From Armatimonadota bacterium (GTDB taxonomy: Bacteria > Armatimonadota > UBA5829 > DTLH01): 64,000 bases of DNA. The position numbers and the translations under genes were made by a program. Below, piece by piece: positions 18,891 to 30,188 of this stretch. The stretch covers positions 44,604-108,603 of the forward strand of contig JBDKSP010000071.1 in the NCBI GenBank assembly GCA_039680575.1, written 5' to 3'. The number at the start of each line of letters is the position of its first letter. Within the stretch, counting starts at the first letter, position 1. The notes beneath the pieces are model-generated. The model saw only the letters and a list, made by a program, of their open reading frames with translations, was not told the origin of the DNA and did no database searches.

Positions 18891-20186
18891 TTAATAAGCG
18901 TCAGTTTTCAACAGAAGCGCCTCGACACCCTCCATAAGCTCATCCAGCGTGGAAGCAGCAGCGGACAGGGAGGCAAGGCGGGTGACTATCTCCTCTGCCT
19001 CGGCTCCGGTGAAGTTTCTATCGCGGAACGTCTCCGGCCTGAAAACCACCAGCTTTTTACCTGAATCCAAAGCGGCTGATGCTGTCTTGAGGTTGGTCAA
19101 ATTCCACGCACCGCACGGCATATCGGAGACAATTACGACATCGGCGGCCTGGGACATGCGAAGGTTCTCGGCTGCGGCATCATCCGGGATGGGGCTGAAC
19201 GGCGGAGCCGAAATATAGGCGATTCCAAGCGCGTCGGCGACTTCCTGGTCCGTATCCCCGGTATTCAGCACACCCGCCGTGACCGAATAACCCCTCTTCA
19301 GCAGCTTTGCAAAGATCGGCGAGCCCGTCCCGCCGCCGCATATCACATGGACCTTCGGTCTGTGCTCGAACCTGGAACTCTCATCGTCCGTGACCGGACG
19401 GTCGATCCCGGAAATTACGTAAGGCCGGCCTGAAGTTGGGTGTTTTCGCACCCAGACATCGACTCCGTAAACACTTTTCACATTCTCGACAGTCAGCACA
19501 TCGGATGGAACCCCGGCCGTCCTTATCTTGCCCTTGCTGAGCATGAAAAGCCTGTCCGAGTACTGCGCGGCGAGGTTCAGATCGTGAAGCACCGCAAGGA
19601 CGGTGATTCCTTCATCCCTGTTCAACCTGCGGGCAAGCCCCATTATCTCGAACTGGTAGTTTATGTCCAGATGGGAAGTCGGCTCATCGAGGAGTATGAC
19701 CCTCGGCTCCTGCGCAAGTGCCCGCGCTATGACCACCCGCTGCCGCTCGCCGCCGGAAAGCGCGGAAAACGGCCTGTCCGCGAACCCAAGCGTCCCTGTC
19801 CGCCGCATAGCCTCCTCCGCTATCTCCAGATCCCTGCCCCCTTCAGACTGAAACCTGCGAAGGTGGGGCGCGCGGCCCATCAGCACAATCTCAAGCGCGG
19901 AAAACTCGAACGCCGGTACCGTGTCCTGCGGGACGACACCCATCTCACGTGCAAGCTCCCTCGGCGGGATCGAAAAGACTTCCTTCCCGTCGATCAAAAC
20001 AGCTCCGCCGCTTGGTCTGAGCACACGGGCAACCGACCTGAGAAGCGTAGTCTTGCCGGACCCGTTCGGACCGACTATCCCGACGAACTCTCCGCCTGCT
20101 ATCTCGACCGTCACACCGGAAAGCACCGGGTCCGACCCGTAACCTACCACCAGATCATTTATCTTAATGGATATTTTCTCTTCCAT
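18891..20186 (-). CDS. ABC transporter ATP-binding protein, cobalamin/iron-chelate (BtuD/FepC-like) with C-terminal extension
   Basis: GPNGSGKT, LSGGERQR, LLDEPTSHLD, LHDLN. C-terminal HVICGGG domain. Confidence 0.88.
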   Translation of the reverse strand: MEEKISIKINDLVVGYGSDPVLSGVTVEIAGGEFVGIVGPNGSGKTTLLRSVARVLRPSGGAVLIDGKEVFSIPPRELAREMGVVPQDTVPAFEFSALEIVLMGRAPHLRRFQSEGGRDLEIAEEAMRRTGTLGFADRPFSALSGGERQRVVIARALAQEPRVILLDEPTSHLDINYQFEIMGLARRLNRDEGITVLAVLHDLNLAAQYSDRLFMLSKGKIRTAGVPSDVLTVENVKSVYGVDVWVRKHPTSGRPYVISGIDRPVTDDESSRFEHRPKVHVICGGGTGSPIFAKLLKRGYSVTAGVLNTGDTDQEVADALGIAYISAPPFSPIPDDAAAENLRMSQAADVVIVSDMPCGAWNLTNLKTASAALDSGKKLVVFRPETFRDRNFTGAEAEEIVTRLASLSAAASTLDELMEGVEALLLKTDAY

Positions 20187-20348
20187 ACCATAAACCACTA
20201 CGCCCGATGCACCCCGGATTCCTCTTGCATATCGTTTTGTATATATCTCCTCATCCCAACCTCTCCCGCAAGTGGGATTATGCCAATTCGAAAGGCCGGC
20301 TTCGGCGCAGACTACGCGCATAACAAACTGACAGCTGATAGCTATCTT

Positions 20349-20362
20349 CGAACATAAGTTCG
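20349..20362. promoter_or_regulatory. LexA/SOS box (Gram-positive type) upstream of uvrA
   Basis: Perfect CGAAC-ATAA-GTTCG, just upstream of TTGTGT-N17-TAGAAT (20372-20400). Confidence 0.8.
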
Positions 20363-20446
20363 CAAAAATTCTTGTGTGAGGAGCAGCGTAATGGTAGAAT
20401 ATTCCGGTACGTAAAAAGCATAAAACAGCTCAGAAAGTAGCAGATA

Positions 20447-23353
20447 ATGACGCAAGACAAGATCATCGTGCATGGCGCGAGGCAGCATAACCTCAAGAAC
20501 GTAAATGTCATGATTCCCAGGGACAAATTGGTGGTTATAACCGGGCTTTCCGGCTCCGGCAAGTCTTCGCTCGCCTTCGATACGATATACGCGGAAGGCC
20601 AGCGGAGATATGTGGAGTCGCTGTCGTCCTATGCCCGCCAGTTCCTCGGCCAGATGGACAAACCGGATGTCGATGAGATCACGGGGCTTTCTCCCGCGGT
20701 CTCAATCGACCAGAAATCGACGACGCGGAACCCGCGCTCGACCGTCGGGACGGTCACGGAGATTTATGACTATCTGAGGCTCATGTTTTCGCGCATCGGT
20801 CATCCCCACTGCCCGCAGTGCGGCAGGGAAATCTCTCAGCAGACCGTAGAGCAGATCGTAGACCAGGTAATGGCGCTCCCAGAGGGCTCGAAGATCCAAA
20901 TTCTCGCTCCGGTAGTGCGCGGACGGAAGGGCGAATACCGGCAGGTAATCGAAGATGTCCGCAGGAAGGGCTACGTCCGCGTGCGGGTGGACGGACAGAT
21001 CTATGAAGTCACCGACGACATAGAGATGGACCGCTATAAGCAGCACACTATCGAGATAGTGGTCGACCGGTTAGTAGTCAAGCAGGAGATTGGGAGCAGG
21101 CTCTCAGACTCGCTCGAGACGGCGCTGAAACTTGCGAACGGCAATGTCGGGATCGATGTTATGGAGAGCGAAGAGCTTTTCTTCTCGGAAAACTTCGCCT
21201 GCACCGAGTGCGGCATCAGTATGGATGAGCTTGCACCGCGTAACTTTAGTTTTAACACTCCATACGGCGCTTGCCCGGACTGCCAGGGGCTCGGAACTCA
21301 TACGAAGCTCGACCCGGACCTGATCATTCCTGACAAAACGAGATCAATCGACGACGGGGCTATCATCCCGCTCGCGAGGACTACGAGCGAATACTACACC
21401 TCACTTTTGGAAGGCGTAGCGAACATTTACGGGTTCAAAACTTCGACTCCGATCAAAAATTTGACCAAAAAGCAGGTCGATATGCTTCTGCACGGCACCG
21501 ATAGAAGGGTTCCGGTAACGTTTAAAAACAACTACGGCAGGATGAGGCAGTTCGATGCCAACTTCGACGGCATAATTCCCTGGCTGGAAAGGCGCTACAA
21601 AGAGACATCGAGCGAGATGATCAAGGAGGAGATCGAGCGGTATATGTCGGCCACCCCCTGCGAGTCGTGCAAGGGGTTCAGACTGAAACCCGAAAGTCTT
21701 GCGGTGACGATAGGCGGGATAAATATCAGCCAGGTAGCCGCAAAATCCGTCTCATCGGCACTGGGTTGGTTCGAGAACCTCAAGCTGACGCCTAGAGAGC
21801 AGACGATTGCACACCGGATTATCAAAGAGATCAAAGTCCGGCTGGGATTCCTGCAAAACGTCGGGCTGGAGTATCTGACGCTCGACCGCGCAGCGGCAAC
21901 GCTTGCAGGCGGTGAGGCGCAGAGGATCAGGCTCGCGTCACAGATCGGTTCCGGGCTGACAGGCGTCCTCTACATACTGGATGAGCCGTCTATCGGACTT
22001 CATCAACGGGACAACACCAAGCTCATAGAGACCCTTATAAAGCTGCGCGACCTGGGGAACACTATTATCGTCGTAGAACACGATGAGGAGACAATGTATG
22101 CCGCCGACCATATCATCGACATAGGTCCGGGCGCGGGAGAACACGGCGGATATATTATTGCCGAGGGCAATGTCGAAGAGATCAAGGCAAACCCGGCTTC
22201 GATCACAGGGAAATACCTATCCGGCGAGCTTACGATACCCGTGCCGAAGGAGCGAAGGAAGCCGAACGGGTCGTCCCTGATGCTGAAAGGTGCGCGGGAA
22301 CACAACCTGAAGAATATAGATGTAGAAATCCCGCTCGGCTCGTTCGTGTGCGTGACCGGGGTTTCCGGGTCTGGCAAGAGCACGCTCATCCAGGAGACGC
22401 TTTTCCCACGGCTTATGTATGCGCTCCATGGCTCTCATCGTGTCTGGGGAGACCACGATGACATTACAGGACTCGACGGCATCGACAGAATTATCGACAT
22501 AGACCAGTCGCCGATTGGCCGGACACCGAGGTCTAACCCGGCAACCTATACGGGTACATTCGACCTGATCCGCGACCTCTTCTCTCAGACGCAGGATGCG
22601 CGGATGCGCGGCTATAAGCCGGGCAGGTTCAGCTTCAACGTCAAAGGCGGACGCTGCGAGGCGTGCAAGGGAGACGGCATCATCAAAATAGAGATGCACT
22701 TTCTGCCGGATGTCTATGTGCCGTGCGAAGTCTGCAAGGGCAAGCGCTACAATCGCGAGACGCTCGAAGTCAAGTATAAGGGCAAGTCTATTTCAGACGT
22801 GCTCAATATGACGGTGGCGCAGGCGCTCGAGTTCTTCAAGCACATCCCGCCGATCACCCGGAAGCTGCAGACGATACACGATGTAGGGCTGGACTACATC
22901 AGGCTGGGACAGCCTGCGACGACACTTTCAGGCGGTGAAGCGCAGCGGGTGAAGCTCGCGACGGAACTTGCGAAGCGGAGCACAGGCCGGACTATGTATA
23001 TACTCGACGAGCCGACTACGGGACTCCATTTCGACGACATAAAGAAGCTCCTGGAAGTGCTCGAACGGCTGGTGGACACAGGAAATACGGTGCTCGTGAT
23101 AGAACACAACCTGGATGTCATCAAGACGGCGGACTACATCATCGACCTGGGGCCGGAAGGCGGCGACCAGGGCGGTGAGATAGTCGCAACCGGGACGCCT
23201 GAAGATGTGGCACAAGTCGAAGCGTCGTATACCGGGCGTTATCTGAAGAGGATACTCGGTAATCAACCGCAAAAGTCGTCAAAAAACGGGAAAAAGAAGG
23301 GCGCGAAAGCCATAAAGGAGCAGCCTGAAACGGCATCGGAGGCATCTCTATGA
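20447..23353 (+). CDS. uvrA: Excinuclease ABC subunit A
   Basis: GARQHNLKN, two GxSGSGKS Walker A motifs, zinc fingers, LAGGEAQR and LSGGEAQR. Confidence 0.99.
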   Translation: MTQDKIIVHGARQHNLKNVNVMIPRDKLVVITGLSGSGKSSLAFDTIYAEGQRRYVESLSSYARQFLGQMDKPDVDEITGLSPAVSIDQKSTTRNPRSTVGTVTEIYDYLRLMFSRIGHPHCPQCGREISQQTVEQIVDQVMALPEGSKIQILAPVVRGRKGEYRQVIEDVRRKGYVRVRVDGQIYEVTDDIEMDRYKQHTIEIVVDRLVVKQEIGSRLSDSLETALKLANGNVGIDVMESEELFFSENFACTECGISMDELAPRNFSFNTPYGACPDCQGLGTHTKLDPDLIIPDKTRSIDDGAIIPLARTTSEYYTSLLEGVANIYGFKTSTPIKNLTKKQVDMLLHGTDRRVPVTFKNNYGRMRQFDANFDGIIPWLERRYKETSSEMIKEEIERYMSATPCESCKGFRLKPESLAVTIGGINISQVAAKSVSSALGWFENLKLTPREQTIAHRIIKEIKVRLGFLQNVGLEYLTLDRAAATLAGGEAQRIRLASQIGSGLTGVLYILDEPSIGLHQRDNTKLIETLIKLRDLGNTIIVVEHDEETMYAADHIIDIGPGAGEHGGYIIAEGNVEEIKANPASITGKYLSGELTIPVPKERRKPNGSSLMLKGAREHNLKNIDVEIPLGSFVCVTGVSGSGKSTLIQETLFPRLMYALHGSHRVWGDHDDITGLDGIDRIIDIDQSPIGRTPRSNPATYTGTFDLIRDLFSQTQDARMRGYKPGRFSFNVKGGRCEACKGDGIIKIEMHFLPDVYVPCEVCKGKRYNRETLEVKYKGKSISDVLNMTVAQALEFFKHIPPITRKLQTIHDVGLDYIRLGQPATTLSGGEAQRVKLATELAKRSTGRTMYILDEPTTGLHFDDIKKLLEVLERLVDTGNTVLVIEHNLDVIKTADYIIDLGPEGGDQGGEIVATGTPEDVAQVEASYTGRYLKRILGNQPQKSSKNGKKKGAKAIKEQPETASEASL

Positions 23354-23799
23354 AATTCCTTTCCAAACTGTTCGATAAGAAGTCCGAGGAGCCGGAAAAG
23401 CCGCATAGGTGGGAGCTTACGCCGTTTGAGGCAAGGCACAGGGCGAATTTGATAGTAAAGTCCGCCGCAGCGCTCGATGTCGTGCTGGATTACTCGCCGG
23501 AAAGCCTGAAATCAGTCGATTTGCTGATCGACAAGGAGCGCGAAACGGGGCTCGGGCTCACTCCTGAGATGGCGCACGAAATGATATCCCTCGGAGCATA
23601 CGTGGGCGAGGTAATGGTCCGGCATCTGGACGGCAAATGGGCTTACGGCACCATGCTTGAGAAGCATGACCCGCTGGTGATGATCATAAACGGCAGATAC
23701 GTGATAAACGTAGTGAGCGTGGTCTTCAAACGGTTTACTTCGGGAGAGCCGAACAGCGTAGTCTCGATGTTCGAGGAAACGAGAAAACTGGCGGAGTAG
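23350..23799 (+). CDS. Hypothetical protein (DUF3806-like / immunity-like fold, tentative)
   Basis: LDYSPESL...LGAYVGEV...GKW pattern. ATGA overlap with the uvrA stop. Confidence 0.6.
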   Translation: MKFLSKLFDKKSEEPEKPHRWELTPFEARHRANLIVKSAAALDVVLDYSPESLKSVDLLIDKERETGLGLTPEMAHEMISLGAYVGEVMVRHLDGKWAYGTMLEKHDPLVMIINGRYVINVVSVVFKRFTSGEPNSVVSMFEETRKLAE

Positions 23800-23801
23800 G
23801 T

Positions 23802-23907
23802 TTCTGAATCGCGAATTACGCGAAGAAGCACGAAAAGCGCGAAAAAAGGGATTGGTGGAGATTCGTGCTTCGGGACGAAAAACGGTCCCGAATCATAGGA
23901 AAGGGAT
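23802..23907 (+). repeat. Intergenic repeat family A, copy 1
   Basis: TTCTGAATCGCGAA..CGCGAAGAAGC...GGATTGGTGGA..GTGCTTCGGGA..TCCCGAATCAT. Homologous to 33121-33230 and 38674-38790. Confidence 0.8.
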
Positions 23908-23958
23908 GAGTTGATGTTACGATTCAGAAATGAAATCATATCTCAACCATAAGGAGTT

Positions 23959-24228
23959 ATGATGCAGGGAAAAGTCATAACGTTTGCATTGATGAACATT
24001 GGATTTGCTTATTATCTCTTTATCTGGCACCGCTTGATTTGGGGAAGGTGGCCTGAGCGAAATCTTGAGAAAATGAACCAAAATGCTGAGATTCCTGCCA
24101 ACGTGCAAAAAAGTTACATTGATCTTTATAGATCTCTCGCCTGGGGACTTTTTGCCATGGTAGTAGTGTTGTATCCAATTTCCATGATAATGCTATTTTT
24201 CCCACATGTTCTGAGCTTTGGTAAATAG
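23959..24228 (+). CDS. Small hypothetical membrane protein
   Basis: AAGGAG RBS, two hydrophobic segments, AT-rich. Confidence 0.55.
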   Translation: MMQGKVITFALMNIGFAYYLFIWHRLIWGRWPERNLEKMNQNAEIPANVQKSYIDLYRSLAWGLFAMVVVLYPISMIMLFFPHVLSFGK

Positions 24229-24237
24229 GCACTAAGA

Positions 24238-24267
24238 ATGTAGTGGCCGTCCTCCGTGGCGGCCATC
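24238..24267 (+). repeat. GTAG-type REP, left flank of RAYT
   Basis: ATGTAGTGGCCGTCCTCCGTGGCGGCCATC. Inverted copy at 24853-24882 with 3 mismatches in 30 nt. Confidence 0.8.
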
Positions 24268-24308
24268 GGTTCCGCAGGAGCCGCGCAATTTTCGACATGG
24301 CACATTCT

Positions 24309-24791
24309 ATGGACAAAGAAAGACACTTTATTCGCAAGCAAATGAGGTTGGAAGATGTTAGCTACTCTGACCCGGCTATGGTGTATTTTGCCACGCTATG
24401 TGCGAATAACAAGGAAAAGGTATTTCTCAATAAAACCATTGCTAAATTGGCAGTTGATTCATTGATGTGGTGTCATAAGCATAATTGGTTTCGTATCTAC
24501 GCTTATTGCCTTATGCCAAACCATCTTCACCTTGCTCTTTCGCCTGTTGATGATAAGCGTTCTTTGTCTGAATCTATAGGCAAGTTCAAAAGTTATACAA
24601 CATCAGAAAGTTGGAAACTTGGTTTTGAGGGTCAGTTGTGGCAGCGAAGCTGGTATGACCACATAGCCAGACGTGATGAAGATGTGCTTGCGATATGCCG
24701 GTATATTCTTGAAAATCCGGTAAGGGCAACGTTGGTCGAATCATGCGATAAATGGCCGTATAGCGGGATGATTGATCCGTTGCCGTTGTGA
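24309..24791 (+). mobile_element. REP-associated tyrosine transposase (RAYT/TnpA-REP, HUH Y1)
   Basis: AYCLMPNHLH (HUH), KFKSYT, LWQRSWYDH, YILENPV, WPYS. Flanked by inverted REPs. Alternative ATG at 24297. Confidence 0.9.
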
Positions 24792-24822
24792 TAATCGAAC
24801 AGATTTTCCAGCACCTTCGGTG

Positions 24823-24851
24823 CTCCCCGTGGTCCGGTGGGTCCACGGGGT
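24823..24851. repeat. Palindromic module P, copy 1
   Basis: CTCCCCGTGGTCCGGTGGGTCCACGGGGT. Copies at 35919 and 42088. Confidence 0.75.
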
Positions 24852-24852
24852 A

Positions 24853-24882
24853 GATGGCCGGCACGGAGACCGGCCACTACAT
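24853..24882 (-). repeat. GTAG-type REP, right flank of RAYT
   Basis: Reverse complement reads ATGTAGTGGCCGGTCTCCGTGCCGGCCATC. Confidence 0.8.
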
Positions 24883-24915
24883 ATTTTTAGTGGTCATCGG
24901 AGAACAGGAGAAAAG

Positions 24916-25557
24916 ATGGAGCAAGAACGTTCTGAGAGAAGAAAGCGTTGGTCGTGCTGCCAGATAGGGTGCGGTGTGGCGGCTGTTCTATTTCTTATAC
25001 CCGTCTTGTGGATTGGGTCAGGTTTCATCTTCTGGAGACACTGCCGAATTCCGTTGCCGGACGGCTCCGGTTCCATAGTATACAAGGCACGGCTGAACAA
25101 GATACTTTGTGCCGAGTGGGACCGAAAAGTGCGGTTTGAAACGAGCAAGTTCCATGGCAGGGAAAGGTGGGTCATAGGCGACCCAGCAGGAGCCAATCCA
25201 GTCAACATCTACTGGTATCCGGCGACAGGTAATAGCGGACCATATATCAAATTTGTCGATCCTGCCACTGCTGAGTGCTATATAGACCTGAAACATGGGA
25301 TAACTCTACTCTTCAGGACTAAACATGCAGATGGTAATAGCTACGCGGGAGAACTATCGAGCACATGGCCGAAATTTGGATCGACCACTGACAAACAAGG
25401 CTATTTTTTGGAAACAGTCGATGGGCATCCTGTGAAGATGCTGCCAAAGTGGATAGCTTCGAAGCCGGGTGTGTACATCGGCAGAATAGAGTATCCGTAT
25501 AATAGGTTTGTTCCGGCAAAAATATCGCCTGAGCAAAAGTTAGTTCGAGAACGCTGA
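24916..25557 (+). CDS. Hypothetical membrane-anchored protein
   Basis: AGGAG RBS, basic N-terminus, single TM helix (GCGVAAVLFLIPVLWIG), then a soluble domain. Confidence 0.6.
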   Translation: MEQERSERRKRWSCCQIGCGVAAVLFLIPVLWIGSGFIFWRHCRIPLPDGSGSIVYKARLNKILCAEWDRKVRFETSKFHGRERWVIGDPAGANPVNIYWYPATGNSGPYIKFVDPATAECYIDLKHGITLLFRTKHADGNSYAGELSSTWPKFGSTTDKQGYFLETVDGHPVKMLPKWIASKPGVYIGRIEYPYNRFVPAKISPEQKLVRER

Positions 25558-25667
25558 ATAAAGTTAATACGTATAAACCTTTGGATGGGGAAATGGTGGA
25601 AGATAAGGTCGATTCGGTCGACTCTTTCGACTCACTCGACGAGTGGGTCTTAGAAAGCAATTTTTAC

Positions 25668-27506
25668 GTGACGCTGAAAGATAAGCTTTCGACGTTGCCG
25701 ACAAGTCCGGGCGTCTATCTTATGAAGAACTCGCTCGGCGATATAATCTATGTCGGCAAGGCCGTTGTGCTTAAAAACAGGGTAAGGTCATACTTCCAAA
25801 AGCTCGGAAAAGACATCTCCGGCAAGGTCCGGCGGATGGTCCATGACATCGCCGATCTCGAATGGATTGTCACCGATACCGAGCTTGAAGCGCTCATCCT
25901 CGAGTCCAACCTCATCAAGAAATACCGCCCGCACTATAACGTCCGCTTAAAGGACGACAAAAGCTACCCATACATCGCCATCACGATGAGGGACCGCTTC
26001 CCCAAGCCGATGTTCATGCGGAAGATCAGGTCTGACGCCAAAGATGGCAACAAGTATTTCGGCCCTTACACCGACTCCAATGCAGTTCGGGAGACCCTGC
26101 GGCTCATCCGGCGGGTGTTCAAAGTCCCCTGCGGTTACACAGACACGACCCAGTCCAAAGGCCGCGCATGTCTCTATTATCACATTGGCCAGTGCCTCGG
26201 ACCCTGCGCGGGTGAAGTTACCGAAGAAGAGTACCGGCAGGTCATCAAGGATGTAATCACCTTTCTCGAAGGCAGGCAGGAAAAGCTACTCAAGGAACTC
26301 CAGTCGCAGATGGAAGAAGCATCCGAAAAGCTGCTTTTCGAGAAGGCGGCAAGGCTTCGTGACCAGGCGCAGGCGATGCAGCGGATAGTCGAGCGGCAGA
26401 AAGTCATTTCGAACGCGATGACCGATCAGGACGTCGTGGCGCTTGTCACCGATAATGGCAATGCCATAGCCCAGATGTTCTTCATTCGGAGCGGAAAGCT
26501 GATCGGACAGGAGCATTTCCTTCTGGAAGGGACTTCGAGCGACGATCTCTCGGAAGGCGTCCGCGAGTTCGTAAAGCAGTACTATCAGACGGCGGCCTAT
26601 GTGCCCAAAGAAATCCTGCTCCAGTATGAGATCGACGAGATAAAGATCATCGAAAGCTGGCTGAGGCAGAAGCGCGGGACGAAAGTGGACATCAGCCACC
26701 CCGTACGGGGTGAAAAGCGGCAGCTCGTGGAGATGGCGGAAAAGAATGCAGAAACTGTCCTCAATCAGCTTCGGAAAAAGATCGAGACTGACGAAGCTAT
26801 GGTCACGTCGGAGCTTTCCGAACTGCAGACGGGGCTTGACCTGCCGAAACCGCCCAGGCGGATCGAGTGCTACGATATCTCGAACATAATGGGGACGGAA
26901 GCAGTTGGTTCGCTCGTCGTTTTCGAGAACGGGAAGCCCAAAAAGTCCGATTACCGCAGGTTCAAGATCAAATACACGCCCGAACAGCCGGACGACTACG
27001 CCATGATGCGCGAAGTGCTGGCGAGAAGGATCACCGGCAAGCTGCGGCAGACGGAAAAGTTCGCTAATCTCCCCGATTTGCTGATGGTGGACGGTGGCAA
27101 AGGCCAGTTGAATGTCGCTGTAGAAGTACTGAATGCCTTTGACGAGGAGGTCTCTGTCATCGGTCTGGCTAAGGAGTTCGAGGAAGTGTTCAAACCCGGC
27201 GAGTCCGACCCCAGGATATTGCCTCGTGCTTCAAAAGGGCTTCACCTGCTCCAACGGGTGAGAGATGAAGCGCACAGGTTCGCAATAGAATACCATCGGA
27301 AGCTCAGGGCGAAGCGGATGACGAAGTCCATCCTGACGGAGATCCCGGGCATCGGCAAAAAGCGCCGGAGCGCCCTTTTGAAGCACTTCGGGTCATTGAA
27401 GAAAATCCGCGAGGCATCTCTCGAAGAGCTGGAACAGGCGCCGACGATGACCAAGCCCGCTGCGGAGACGGTTTACAGCTATGTGCGGGAGATAGGGAAC
27501 AGGTAG
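25668..27506 (+). CDS. uvrC: Excinuclease ABC subunit C
   Basis: GIY-YIG LPTSPGVY...IYVGKA, RIECYDIS, DGGKGQ, RDEAHRFA, HhH IPGIG. GTG start inferred (ORF is open to 25581). Confidence 0.97.
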   Translation: MTLKDKLSTLPTSPGVYLMKNSLGDIIYVGKAVVLKNRVRSYFQKLGKDISGKVRRMVHDIADLEWIVTDTELEALILESNLIKKYRPHYNVRLKDDKSYPYIAITMRDRFPKPMFMRKIRSDAKDGNKYFGPYTDSNAVRETLRLIRRVFKVPCGYTDTTQSKGRACLYYHIGQCLGPCAGEVTEEEYRQVIKDVITFLEGRQEKLLKELQSQMEEASEKLLFEKAARLRDQAQAMQRIVERQKVISNAMTDQDVVALVTDNGNAIAQMFFIRSGKLIGQEHFLLEGTSSDDLSEGVREFVKQYYQTAAYVPKEILLQYEIDEIKIIESWLRQKRGTKVDISHPVRGEKRQLVEMAEKNAETVLNQLRKKIETDEAMVTSELSELQTGLDLPKPPRRIECYDISNIMGTEAVGSLVVFENGKPKKSDYRRFKIKYTPEQPDDYAMMREVLARRITGKLRQTEKFANLPDLLMVDGGKGQLNVAVEVLNAFDEEVSVIGLAKEFEEVFKPGESDPRILPRASKGLHLLQRVRDEAHRFAIEYHRKLRAKRMTKSILTEIPGIGKKRRSALLKHFGSLKKIREASLEELEQAPTMTKPAAETVYSYVREIGNR

Positions 27507-27562
27507 CTTTTTGAACCGCGGAGACACGGAATAATGGGAAACGCGGAAGGTGGAGATTTGTA

Positions 27563-27692
27563 AAGTTATGATGGCACGGGGGATCCATGCCCCGTGCCTG
27601 TTTCTTGGACATCCATGTCCCATGAGTGGTAGCAGTAGTGAGGGGCATGGATGCCCGCGGAACAAAGGGCGGGGCTTGGAACCCCCGCCCTA
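27563..27692. repeat. Palindrome cluster, repeat family B
   Basis: GGCACGGGG..CCCCGTGCC, GGACATCCATGTCCC/GGGGCATGGATGCCC, AGGGCGGGG..CCCCGCCCT. The second half resembles 42282-42333. Confidence 0.55.
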
Positions 27693-27743
27693 TCAAGTTT
27701 ACAGTTATCTTCGTGAAACAGAGAATATGGAGTAGATTTCAAT

Positions 27744-28217
27744 ATGATCGTAGATAAGTTAGCTAATGCAGCCTCGTACCGAGCGCTTGGACCGGGTATC
27801 GCGGCTGCTTTTGATTACCTCAAGTCACAGGACTTTTCCAAAATCCCAGCCGGAAAATACGAGATAGACGGCGATAAATGCTTCGCAATGGTTCAGGACT
27901 ACGAAACAGTGCGTCGGGCGGAGAAGCGCTGGGAGTCCCATCGGAAATATATCGACGTCCAATACATTGCAAATGGCGCCGAGCACATAGGTTACGCCAA
28001 CCTGAACACACTGAAAGTAGTCGAGAATTACGACGAGGCTAAAGACATTACCTGGCTCGAAGGCTGCGGCGATTTTATCACTGTATCCCGCGGAACATTC
28101 GTTATCCTCTACCCCCAGGACGCCCACATGCCCGGAGTAGCAATCGACGGCCCTGAACCTGTCCGCAAAGTAGTCGTAAAGATAGCCATGGATGACCTGA
28201 GGTTCGAAAAGAGATGA
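27744..28217 (+). CDS. YhcH/YjgK/YiaL (NanQ-like) family protein
   Basis: ESHRKYIDVQY, YDEAKDI, YPQDAHMP, VRKVVVK. Confidence 0.9.
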   Translation: MIVDKLANAASYRALGPGIAAAFDYLKSQDFSKIPAGKYEIDGDKCFAMVQDYETVRRAEKRWESHRKYIDVQYIANGAEHIGYANLNTLKVVENYDEAKDITWLEGCGDFITVSRGTFVILYPQDAHMPGVAIDGPEPVRKVVVKIAMDDLRFEKR

Positions 28218-28777
28218 GAGAATCTCCATGTCTTGTCGGAGAAAGAGTCTACCTCCGGCAGATCAAGAAAGAAGACTTGATATATATCCATAAGTGGGTG
28301 AACGATCCCGAGATAAGCGGGCTGATCGGACAGGTCGGCAAAATGAGCCCGGAACAAGTCGATGAGTGGTTCGAAAAGGTCGAAGCGGACAACAACCGTG
28401 TGTGGTTTGCGGTCGTCTTGAAAGAGAGTGACCGGATAATAGGTGAAGCCGGACTGCTCAGGATGTTTGATGAGTGGCGGACGACCGACCTTTCCATGAT
28501 CATCGGGGAAAAAGCTGTATGGGACCAGGGATATGGCACGGAAGCCATTATTCTTCTATTACAGTATGCTTTCCGGAACCTGAATTTCCACAGAGTGGCG
28601 ATAGGTGTCGTCGGATTCAATGAACGCGCCTTGCATTTTTACAAAAAAGTTGGATTCAGAGAAGAAGGCTTGCAGCGGGACGGGTATTACTATGACCATA
28701 GTTACTACGATTTTGTTATGATGAGCATCCTCGATAACGAGTACTGGAATCTTTGGGGTGACATAACCTCGGACTAA
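28214..28777 (+). CDS. GNAT N-acetyltransferase (RimJ/RimL-like)
   Basis: ERVYLR, WDQGYGTEA, NERALHFYKKVGF..EG..R. Confidence 0.9.
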   Translation: MRESPCLVGERVYLRQIKKEDLIYIHKWVNDPEISGLIGQVGKMSPEQVDEWFEKVEADNNRVWFAVVLKESDRIIGEAGLLRMFDEWRTTDLSMIIGEKAVWDQGYGTEAIILLLQYAFRNLNFHRVAIGVVGFNERALHFYKKVGFREEGLQRDGYYYDHSYYDFVMMSILDNEYWNLWGDITSD

Positions 28778-28801
28778 CTGCAATTCAAAACGCGCGCGCG
28801 C

Positions 28802-28831
28802 TTGACACTCTATATGTTCGACCGCTAAAAT
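28802..28831 (+). promoter_or_regulatory. Sigma70-type promoter of the gap operon
   Basis: TTGACA-N18-TAAAAT. Confidence 0.6.
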
Positions 28832-28924
28832 TAGTTATAGATTTTATACAGCCTGGTTACTTCAGCAATGGCGCTGAGCAGCCGGGCTGCGCGTGCAATA
28901 TTGGGTATAAAGGTTCGAGGATAA

Positions 28925-30034
<1,110 letters not shown>

Positions 30035-30093
30035 TTTAGATTCATTCAAAAAAAACGGATAAAGTCTCTGCTTTGAGTAACGAGCATTGATAT

Positions 30094-30125
30094 AGTGGAC
30101 CGGAATCATCAGGCTCCGGTCCACT
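30094..30125. terminator. Hairpin between gap and pgk
   Basis: AGTGGACCGGA/TCCGGTCCACT 11-bp stem. Confidence 0.45.
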
Positions 30126-30188
30126 TGTCTGCATTAAACGGCTCGAAGCTCGCTTCTTACCACTTATGGCTAAATAAAGAGGTATCAA

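Noticed and set aside
19440..20357. 305-aa plus-strand ORF (also 14680-15459 and 17919-18704)
   Set aside because: Antisense to clear genes, typical of GC-rich codon bias.
25581..25667. N-terminal extension of UvrC (DSVDSFDSLD)
   Set aside because: It is the translation of a degenerate 9-bp TCGACTC tandem repeat. Homology to UvrC starts after GTG 25668.
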